Part shown: positions 8,667 to 15,714 of the stretch, in pieces
How the letters are laid out: each line of letters starts with the position of its first letter
Numbering within the stretch: the first letter of the stretch is position 1
Source: Candidatus Thorarchaeota archaeon
GTDB lineage: Archaea > Asgardarchaeota > Thorarchaeia > Thorarchaeales > Thorarchaeaceae
Length of the DNA stretch: 32,000 bases
Direction: 5' to 3'
Assembly (NCBI GenBank): GCA_003345555.1
Contig: PRDJ01000042.1
Span: 44,678 to 76,677, forward strand
Notes under the pieces: model-generated
Database searches by the model: none
Told to the model about the DNA's origin: nothing
What the model saw: the letters and a program-made list of their open reading frames with translations, nothing else
Position numbers and translations under genes: made by a program

Positions 8667-8747
8667 TCATCCCGGCGGCGTAGGTTTTCCTTGTTTAACT
8701 TCTTTCTTTACCTTTGGTCGTCTAATGCTCTTTCCTTTCTTTCCCAT
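8667..8747 (-). CDS. Candidate 26-aa basic small protein MGKKGKSIRRPKVKKEVKQGKPTPPG
   Basis: ATG at 8747 after a purine-rich leader, with a TTTTATA box at 8812-8806 on the same strand. It has 10 Lys/Arg against 1 Glu. No homology was recognised. Confidence 0.35.
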   Translation of the reverse strand: MGKKGKSIRRPKVKKEVKQGKPTPPG

Positions 8748-8767
8748 TTTTCATCTCTTCTTTCTAA

Positions 8768-8781
8768 TAGAACCGGTTCTA
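8768..8781. promoter_or_regulatory. Perfect 14-bp palindrome TAGAACCGGTTCTA, possible operator
   Basis: Self-complementary 14-mer about 25-35 nt downstream of the minus-strand TATA-like box, upstream of the sORF. Confidence 0.35.
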
Positions 8782-8959
8782 CAAACCTCAAACGCAACAT
8801 ACAACTATAAAACAGCACGGATATGAGACCTTGGGGAACTTATAAGGAAATATTCCTTAGAGTATTCTGTTGGCACGAGTGATATAGGAGGGGGAATAAC
8901 AAGACCCCCTATCTTGTGATTTCTAATTCCTTTCCTCTGAAGAATTCCAAGAGGCTCAA

Positions 8960-8989
8960 TAATACTCTCTCTTAAAGCACGAGCCGTGG
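8960..8989. repeat. Direct repeat, right copy (TAATACTCTCTCTTAAAGCACGAGCCGTGG)
   Basis: Second copy of the 8577-8604 repeat, about 385 bp downstream. Confidence 0.8.
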
Positions 8990-9043
8990 CAACGTGTAAT
9001 GGCCCAGCGACACTCATATCAACTCAAGAAGAGGTCCTAGGTA

Positions 9044-9781
9044 ATGGACGAACCACTGCAATCCGCGCTCTACGCATCAATCGCTACACTGGACCAGCTC
9101 AAGAAAATGTACGACATGGGCGTTGTTGATGTCAGGTCGTATGAAAGGGAGTCTGAAGCGCTAATAACAGAGGTTCGGAATTGCATCGAACAGATGCGGA
9201 GAACCGGTCTTGACGTTGGGAACTTCGTGGGTCAGGCCCGGATATCGGAGTCGTTTCCCGAAGCGTCGAACATGCTGGGGCTGTACGGACGAGACACGCG
9301 GCAGCCAGGTATAGGGATGACAACTGATCAGTACTTCGACTACATCGGACTTGCCGTCTTAGATGTGGCTACCGCGAATTCCTCGAAAGGGCTGATGGGA
9401 CTTGCGGAACTCATTGTCGAGGTCGTGCGCCTGCTGCCAGAGCTCAAGTCTGTCAGCTACAATGACGTGATCGAGGCAGTGAACCGCGTGTCTCAACATG
9501 GATTGATACCGGGCATTCGGACGCTTAGGGGCGGAGTCAAAGTTGTGGAACTGCGTCCGTTAGAGCTGCGTCGTGACCAAGCAGATGTAATCAATGCTGC
9601 CGCCACCAAGGGGTACGTTTCCATTGAAGAGCTCATGATGCAGCTCAAGTGGTCAGAGGACCATGCACGTCAAGTTCTCTCCAGTCTGGTCGATGCTGGC
9701 ATGGCAGTGGCAGACATACGGTTCTCGACGGGTGGCCGCTATTACTTCCCGGGTTTAAGACCTAGAGATAGTACAGTGTAG
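9044..9781 (+). CDS. ESCRT-I/II hybrid: Vps28-like N-terminal domain fused to the Vps22/36 (EAP30) tandem winged-helix region
   Basis: The N-terminus LYASIATLDQLKKMYDMGVVDVRSYERESEALI...NF...RI...FPEA parallels the Vps28 N-domain. The C-terminus YFDYIGLAVLDV..GLMGLAEL..VSYNDVIEAV..ELRRDQADVI..GYVSIEEL...LKWSEDHARQVL...GMAVAD...YYFPGL parallels SNF8/Vps22. Confidence 0.85.
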   Translation: MDEPLQSALYASIATLDQLKKMYDMGVVDVRSYERESEALITEVRNCIEQMRRTGLDVGNFVGQARISESFPEASNMLGLYGRDTRQPGIGMTTDQYFDYIGLAVLDVATANSSKGLMGLAELIVEVVRLLPELKSVSYNDVIEAVNRVSQHGLIPGIRTLRGGVKVVELRPLELRRDQADVINAAATKGYVSIEELMMQLKWSEDHARQVLSSLVDAGMAVADIRFSTGGRYYFPGLRPRDSTV

Positions 9782-9829
9782 AGGACTGTATTCGCTGTTG
9801 GCATTCGGGCTATGACAGGTCACATTGGA

Positions 9830-10543
9830 TCAGACCACTGCTAGTATTGCGCCTTTCTTCGAGTCAACCCATTTTGCCAATCCTTTGTCAACCATTATCT
9901 GCATGATTCGATGCAAGTCTCTTTCAGGGAGCTTCGAGAAGTCTTGGCCGGATTCCTGCACGACAATTGACTGCACATCTAGGCGCAGTTTTCCTGTCTT
10001 TATTGCCCAACGGTATATGATGTCACCCCATTCCTCGAGGGGTCGCCAGTAGACTCGAAGCTGTCTTTTCTTCTCGTCGAGCCATTCTCCAACGTCCTTC
10101 TTGACCAATGATTCACCTATGAATCTGAAGGCGTCGACCTTTCCAAGGATGTCACTGAACGGTTTCTCCTTCACGAAGGTTGACACTGAAAGAACATGTA
10201 TGCTTTTGAACTCGGTCCAAATCATAAGATAGTCTGACCACTCTTCCGCCCACATTTCTATGTCTTTTTCTGCAGGTGGAATATGATACATCCATTCAGC
10301 TTGGTTTACGTTTCCCCACTGCGGGGCCGGGAGCTCTAGGACCTGTGAGGGCGCAGACTCAGGGACGATTTCAGTCTGAATCGACTCGAGCTCCTGAGTC
10401 TGCGAATCCTCTTCAGCTTCAGTTTCGGTAACATCGACAAGAGTGTCGGTCTTAGGTGTCTCTTTGCCAACAGAAGCATCAGACGTTGGTTTGGGGGTTG
10501 GCTTCTGTCGCTCCTTTTCTTTCCGGCGTTCCTTCACTTCCAA
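9830..10543 (-). CDS. vps25: ESCRT-II subunit Vps25 with a charged, disordered N-terminal extension
   Basis: WAEEWSDYLMIW, GEWLDEKKRQLRVYWRPLEEWGDIIYRWAIKTG and FSKLPERDLHRIMQIMVDKGLAKW match the Vps25 winged helices. The TTG start is 3 nt after the vps4 stop. Confidence 0.86.
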   Translation of the reverse strand: MEVKERRKEKERQKPTPKPTSDASVGKETPKTDTLVDVTETEAEEDSQTQELESIQTEIVPESAPSQVLELPAPQWGNVNQAEWMYHIPPAEKDIEMWAEEWSDYLMIWTEFKSIHVLSVSTFVKEKPFSDILGKVDAFRFIGESLVKKDVGEWLDEKKRQLRVYWRPLEEWGDIIYRWAIKTGKLRLDVQSIVVQESGQDFSKLPERDLHRIMQIMVDKGLAKWVDSKKGAILAVV

Positions 10544-10546
10544 TCC

Positions 10547-11776
10547 CTAAGACGCCTCCCCCCATTCGATATACTTCCTTACGTCTTCTGGAGTTGTACC
10601 GGGTCCAATGTTCTCAATAGCCCGCAGAAAGTCGTCCCGTGAGACGGGCCGTAGTTCGAGTCGTGCGCGGTCGCTATCGAGCTTTCCCACGCGCTGTAGG
10701 TCTCTTATTGGTTCCATCGCGGCTTCCCGACATACCACACTAATATCCCGGCCACTATAACCGTCGGTCAAATCAGCAAGTTCTCCGAAGTCGACTTCCG
10801 GGGACAGTTCAATGTCTTCCATGTGAATCTCGAATATCTTTCTCCGTGAGGTTTTCCTTGGCAAGGGGATGTGAATCTTCTTCTCAAATCTTGATCGAAG
10901 AGCGAAGTCCAGTTCCCATGGAAGATTGGTAGCACCGATTACAGTAACCCTATCATCGGGATGAGTCGCCAATCCCTGCAGCTCAGTCAATAGCTGAGTC
11001 TTGAGTCGTCTCTCCCCGCCAACATCATGTCCCGTTCTTGAGATTCCAACAGAATCAAGCTCATCCATGAAGATAACGGAGGGCTGACTCCTCCTCGCCA
11101 TTTCAAAGAGGGTCATGACGAGCTTCTCTGACTCGCCGAGCCACTTGCTGACGATATTTGCGGCTGAGACATTGAAGAACGTTGCATGCACTTCAGAGGC
11201 CACAGCCTTTGCTATGAGAGTCTTACCACATCCTGATGGTCCATAGAACAGAATGCCCTTCCAGGGCTGCCTCGATTTTCCCTTGAAGAGTTCAGGATGT
11301 TTCATTGGAGACACAATGGCTTCTTGAATTACCTGCTTTGCATCGTCCAATCCTGCAACCTCGGACATTTTCAAATCCGGTCGTTCAGTAAGAATCGTGT
11401 CAGCAATCATATCCTGAAGGTGTCTCATGTCTTCGTTGTCGTCGCCTGTTTCCGAAGTCCTTCCGGATGGCAGTGATGGCTCTCCCCTGTCTATAGAAAA
11501 TGTGGCGGGAATACTTGGAATCGTCGGTCGTTCCGCTTGCCTTGTCTTAAGGCCTGAGATGTATCTTACCCGATCTACACACTCTTGGGCCCTGCTCAGG
11601 TAGTGCTTCTGCAAAGATGGAAGGGATGAGGAATTCGAGAGCTTGATGAGTATCATGCTTGCCTTTAGATAGTCACTACAAGCCTCTTTCTGGAGTCCTC
11701 TCCTGTCCAAATCTATTGCCTTTTCGAGCAAAGCCTTGACTCCAAGGTCGAGGCGGTCAGCGTCTGTTCCTGACAT
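10547..11776 (-). CDS. vps4: Vps4-type AAA+ ATPase with an N-terminal MIT domain
   Basis: MIT (LEKAIDLD...Y..A), Walker A GPSGCGKT, pore loop KWLGESEK, Walker B IFMDELD and GATNLPWELD. It lacks the eukaryotic beta-domain insertion and sits in an ESCRT locus. Confidence 0.93.
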   Translation of the reverse strand: MSGTDADRLDLGVKALLEKAIDLDRRGLQKEACSDYLKASMILIKLSNSSSLPSLQKHYLSRAQECVDRVRYISGLKTRQAERPTIPSIPATFSIDRGEPSLPSGRTSETGDDNEDMRHLQDMIADTILTERPDLKMSEVAGLDDAKQVIQEAIVSPMKHPELFKGKSRQPWKGILFYGPSGCGKTLIAKAVASEVHATFFNVSAANIVSKWLGESEKLVMTLFEMARRSQPSVIFMDELDSVGISRTGHDVGGERRLKTQLLTELQGLATHPDDRVTVIGATNLPWELDFALRSRFEKKIHIPLPRKTSRRKIFEIHMEDIELSPEVDFGELADLTDGYSGRDISVVCREAAMEPIRDLQRVGKLDSDRARLELRPVSRDDFLRAIENIGPGTTPEDVRKYIEWGEAS

Positions 11777-11965
11777 TCAAGGTCGCCAGTCAAGTGCGCT
11801 TGAATGGTTAAGAGTTTCTGTGTTTCGTAGCGCGATACTCCTTCAGTTGTCCTGCCCGCCAGAAAGGCACGTTTGTTACGAAGGCTTAAAGGCGGAGGTC
11901 TCGCACAACCCACAGAAGTTCATCATCAGGACATGGTGAGGTCGTTGGGTACATTCAGGAAGGCT

Positions 11966-12559
11966 ATGACTTGGGGTCGCAAGAAGCCGGACGTTGCAGA
12001 GGTAACCAGTCAGCTTAGAATCCTAGGCAAAGAGCTCGAGCGAGAGAGAAACAGGCTCGAGAAGGAAGAGACTGAGACCAAGGCTCGAGCGGTGCGGGCT
12101 CGGAAAGAGGGCCATGTCGACGCCTACAAGACCTACGCAGTAGAGATGATCCGGTTCAGGAAGTATGCTTTGTCTGTCGACAAATCGCGGCTTCACCTAC
12201 TGAGGGTACTCGGCCATATCGTTCATGCTCAGTCGGCCGCTAAGACGAGCTTGGCAGTAGAAAAGGTCGCCAAGATTCTCGGGATACTAGGTGATGCAAA
12301 AGACCCAACAAAGGTTGTTCGGAGTCTTGATGAGATTACTCGAAGACTGGACGCAATGGAAATCGAAAGCGGGATTTCTGACGAAGCCTTTGACTCTATG
12401 AAAGACAGCAAGGTGACGTCAGAAGAGCTGGCCGCAGCACTGCAGGAGATTGATGCCGAGGCTGGGGCTGCAAAGGTCGTCTCGCGGGCCGGTCCAGCTA
12501 CAGAGGCTGAGAAACTCGAAGAAGAGATCAAGTTGCTAGAGAAGGAACTTGGTGTCTAG
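11966..12559 (+). CDS. ESCRT-III (Snf7 family), Vps2/24/46 class
   Basis: Basic N-terminus, AYKTYAVEMIRFRK and the LDAMEIESGISDEAFD pattern of the CHMP1-3 class, plus an amphipathic C-terminal helix. Start moved to ATG 11966 after an SD-like AGGAAGG. Confidence 0.88.
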   Translation: MTWGRKKPDVAEVTSQLRILGKELERERNRLEKEETETKARAVRARKEGHVDAYKTYAVEMIRFRKYALSVDKSRLHLLRVLGHIVHAQSAAKTSLAVEKVAKILGILGDAKDPTKVVRSLDEITRRLDAMEIESGISDEAFDSMKDSKVTSEELAAALQEIDAEAGAAKVVSRAGPATEAEKLEEEIKLLEKELGV

Positions 12560-12560
12560 A

Positions 12561-14201
12561 CTAGCGCCCAAAGACCTGACGATTCCCAGAAGCCGTTTCT
12601 AGTCTTTTTCTCGTTTCAAATGAATCTCGCATGAGTCCCTTGTATCTCCTGATGAAATCCTCTGGGACCAGCTGACCGTTCCTCAATAGACGAACCGTTT
12701 CTCTAGCGGCATCCTCAATCGTTATCGCGTCTCTTCTGAGTCCCATTGTTTCTGCAGAGTCGGGAACCGGAGAAGGCATGCCACCTGCACCGAACAAGCC
12801 GCCGAGGTCTCGGCCGAGTCTGTCGTGATACTGCAAAGGAGCTGTGCGGGCTCCGTTGTCAGATGCGTTTCCGAATGGATAGTACGAAGCCGATCGCCGG
12901 TCGTATGGTCCGTATCCAGCAGATGCTTGTGTCCCGATGTCAGCTTTTCCACCTGAACACATGAGCGAGTAGGCGAGTTCTTCTACCTTGAGCCTGACAT
13001 CGCTAATGCTCACGTCGGTCTGTCCGAGCTTTCTCGTTCGCTGAAGGTCTGACTGCATATACTTGTCGAATTTTCTGGCGATTTCTACATAATCTGGCAG
13101 AACACTCTCTGTCTGATCGCTGCAAGTTATCTTGATATCGCCCTGCTTCATTCTCAGGACTGTTCTCTTTCTCAGCCTGCCATCCTCTTCTAAACCCTTC
13201 ATGTAAGCAAGGGGTATATCGAAGACTATGTCGGTTTTCTTTCGGAGTCTTCCGGTTTCAGCAATAAAGACGAGCCTCTTGTTGGTTATGTACAAGGTGC
13301 CAGTGGCCTTGTCATTCTTCACGAAGTCACTGCCTGCGATTCTGATGTCGGGTAACGCACAGACTGGCAGTTCGTTTACAGACAGTTCTGCAGTCTCATA
13401 GAACCCCGCGAATTGCTTCCTATAGTAGTCCAGTCCGTCCAGCTGCTGTTCGATATCTACTAATGTCAGCCTCGCCTCTTCGATTGCGTCATCAATATTC
13501 TTCCGGTATTGACCCACAAGATGGGTGACACGATTCGTTACTCCGCCTACAAAGGGGAACTGATCGGCAGACCATGCGCTGGAATCGAGGAGCCCCTTGG
13601 TCTCAGCAGCCATTTGCCTCGAGACTATCTCCGCTTGGCTTGTCACTCTGTTCTTGATGGCAGGGATCTCCATCTCGATGTTCTCAATCTTCTCTTCCAG
13701 CCAGCGATAGTGAAGGAAATTCGCCATCCTGAGAGAAACAAGAAGCCTCTTGGCTGACATCAGCTGGTTGGTGAAATCGCGCAGGCGTGTGTATCCATAG
13801 TGGAGTGTGATTATGGCATGACGCAGGTCTTGAGCCAGCACCTTTCTTTTGTCCTCTACAGACACCGTGTGTGTGGAATGGCACCTGGGACAGATTTCTT
13901 CGATTCGCTTCCCAGCACTCAGCTCTCGAGAGCCGCATTCCGGGCATTTCTCGAACTTCTGCCCTGGGGCGGGAGTGCCAAGGCCGTGGTGGCAATTACT
14001 GCATACAATGTGCTCGCTTGACTTGGTCTCAAGGCATTCCAAGCACAATACCTCTCCGCAATCCTCACAAAGATGCGTGGCTCTATTGCTCTTGCAGACT
14101 TTACAGAGCTGGGTAGAGGATTCGTTACTCAACTGGGTGCCTCCGAACATCTGGGCTTGCATATTGTACTGAGGAGTCATGGATAATTGGCTATGTATCA
14201 C
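12561..14201 (-). CDS. Multidomain ESCRT-I-like protein: B-box/Zn ribbons, coiled coil, PH-like (GRAM/GLUE) domain, low-complexity linker, Vps23/37 steadiness-box hairpin
   Basis: Six CxxC pairs at the N-terminus, a heptad-rich middle, GTLYITNKRLVF, and C-terminal IEDAARETVRLLRNGQLVPEDFIRRYKGLMRDSFETR. The true start may be one of the downstream Met codons. Confidence 0.75.
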   Translation of the reverse strand: MIHSQLSMTPQYNMQAQMFGGTQLSNESSTQLCKVCKSNRATHLCEDCGEVLCLECLETKSSEHIVCSNCHHGLGTPAPGQKFEKCPECGSRELSAGKRIEEICPRCHSTHTVSVEDKRKVLAQDLRHAIITLHYGYTRLRDFTNQLMSAKRLLVSLRMANFLHYRWLEEKIENIEMEIPAIKNRVTSQAEIVSRQMAAETKGLLDSSAWSADQFPFVGGVTNRVTHLVGQYRKNIDDAIEEARLTLVDIEQQLDGLDYYRKQFAGFYETAELSVNELPVCALPDIRIAGSDFVKNDKATGTLYITNKRLVFIAETGRLRKKTDIVFDIPLAYMKGLEEDGRLRKRTVLRMKQGDIKITCSDQTESVLPDYVEIARKFDKYMQSDLQRTRKLGQTDVSISDVRLKVEELAYSLMCSGGKADIGTQASAGYGPYDRRSASYYPFGNASDNGARTAPLQYHDRLGRDLGGLFGAGGMPSPVPDSAETMGLRRDAITIEDAARETVRLLRNGQLVPEDFIRRYKGLMRDSFETRKRLETASGNRQVFGR

Positions 14202-14327
14202 ACTGGTATTAGTCGATGCATGCTGGTGTTTGGCTAGCTAGTGCACTTGGTACTCTCCAAATGGATTGTCCCGTCCGGATTGGTTATATTACGGGAAGCA
14301 AGTTTCGGAACACAAGGCGAATCACGC

Positions 14328-15713
14328 ATGAAGACTCTCGCGCAGGCTGCAATTGAAGCCGCTCTCAAGACCGGAGCTGCTTTTGCAGACATCAGGATAG
14401 AAAACACAGTTACAACAATCATTGAAATCGATGATGGAGTCACAAAGAGGTCGATGGCCGCCCAGTTGAAGGGGGCGGGAATAAGAGCATTCTTCGACGG
14501 AGCTTGGGCATTCGGTCAAACCACGGACCTAACTCCTTCTGCAATGCGAAGTACTGCGGCATCTGTTGCCAAGATGGCTATTGCCACGCACGGCAGAGTC
14601 GCAGAGAAGTTCAGCATTGACGGACCTGCCTTCGAAGACAATGTCCGTCTCAAGGTGAAACGCCCACTCCAAGATGTGGGTGCGGCGGAGAAGGTTGCAT
14701 TGGTCAAGATGATAGATGAGCAGGCTCGAGGTTATGACAAGAGGATAGCAAATGCCCGGACTACGTATGGAGACCTGTGGACCGAGCTGTACGTAGCCAA
14801 TTCATTGGGTACGAGTGTTTACATCGAGAATTCGCTGCCGCGCATTGTCAGTATGGTAACAGCCAAGGACGGAGCCAACAGACAGCGGGCGTTCAAGTCA
14901 GCGGGGGCAAGGGGTGGTTTCGATGAGATGCAGACCGAACACGCTCAAACAATCGGCGAAGAGTCTTCCAAGTTGGCTGTTGAACTCCTGTCTTCTGTCG
15001 CTGCAAAGGGTGGAGTCTATGATGTCATCATGGATCCAGTTTTCAATGGAGTAATGGTGCATGAAGCGTTTGGTCATGCTTGCGAGGCAGACAACTGGCC
15101 AGCTCATACCACGGTACTAGAAGACAAGGTGGAGAAGGTTGTGGGGCCTGAACACCTGAATTTGAGTGATGATCCTACCCTTGAGGGGATGCGTGGTTCG
15201 TTTCCTTACGACTGGGAAGGGACTAAGACCCGAAAGAGACATCTTGTCAGACGCGGCGTACTTACGGATCTACTGCATGGCCTTGAGTCTTCCAGTCGGC
15301 TAAACATGGAACCAAACGGTGCGGCAAGGGCCCAATCGTTCATGAGTGAGCCGATTCCTCGGATGAGCAACACGTTCATGGAGCCCGGCGACTGGCGTGT
15401 TGATGAGCTGATTTCAGACACGCGCCAAGGAATCCTGCTTTGCGACTTCAACTATGGCTACACGGAGCCATCAAAGGGTCAGTTCATGTTTCAGGCGAGC
15501 TATGGATATATGATTGAAGGTGGAGAAGTTGGCCAGATTGTGCGCGATGTATCAGTTGCAGGACAGATTCTTGATGTACTTCCCAAGATAGATGCCGTGG
15601 CGAACGACTTCAGATTGGAAGCAGGGAGTTGCGGCAAGAACGCTCAGCTGGTTCCGGATATGAGTGGCGGACCTCACGCTCGGGTACGGTCAGTTCCGGT
15701 AGGAGGAATGTAA
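14328..15713 (+). CDS. tldD: TldD family metalloprotease
   Basis: HEAFGHACEAD zinc motif, YDWEG, GAARAQSF..PIPRMSNT and GSCGK. Start moved to ATG 14328. Confidence 0.93.
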   Translation: MKTLAQAAIEAALKTGAAFADIRIENTVTTIIEIDDGVTKRSMAAQLKGAGIRAFFDGAWAFGQTTDLTPSAMRSTAASVAKMAIATHGRVAEKFSIDGPAFEDNVRLKVKRPLQDVGAAEKVALVKMIDEQARGYDKRIANARTTYGDLWTELYVANSLGTSVYIENSLPRIVSMVTAKDGANRQRAFKSAGARGGFDEMQTEHAQTIGEESSKLAVELLSSVAAKGGVYDVIMDPVFNGVMVHEAFGHACEADNWPAHTTVLEDKVEKVVGPEHLNLSDDPTLEGMRGSFPYDWEGTKTRKRHLVRRGVLTDLLHGLESSSRLNMEPNGAARAQSFMSEPIPRMSNTFMEPGDWRVDELISDTRQGILLCDFNYGYTEPSKGQFMFQASYGYMIEGGEVGQIVRDVSVAGQILDVLPKIDAVANDFRLEAGSCGKNAQLVPDMSGGPHARVRSVPVGGM

Positions 15714-15714
15714 G

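Noticed and set aside
8661-8747. sORF ending G-UGA-S-UAG read as a penultimate-Sec selenopeptide
   Set aside because: No Cys/Sec redox motif and no SECIS-like hairpin recognised downstream. UGA is most simply a stop.
8577-8989. Direct repeats considered as a CRISPR array or a MITE
   Set aside because: Only two imperfect copies about 385 bp apart, no regular spacers or cas genes, and no terminal inverted repeats.
8805-9017. 70-aa minus-strand ORF within the repeat-bounded cassette
   Set aside because: No transposase, integrase or other motif recognised. It crosses the right repeat, so it is unlikely to be cassette cargo.
10340-10365. PESAP in the Vps25 tail as a P(S/T)AP late-domain motif
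   Set aside because: The sequence is E-S-A-P rather than P-S/T-A-P, and no UEV-domain protein is in the window.
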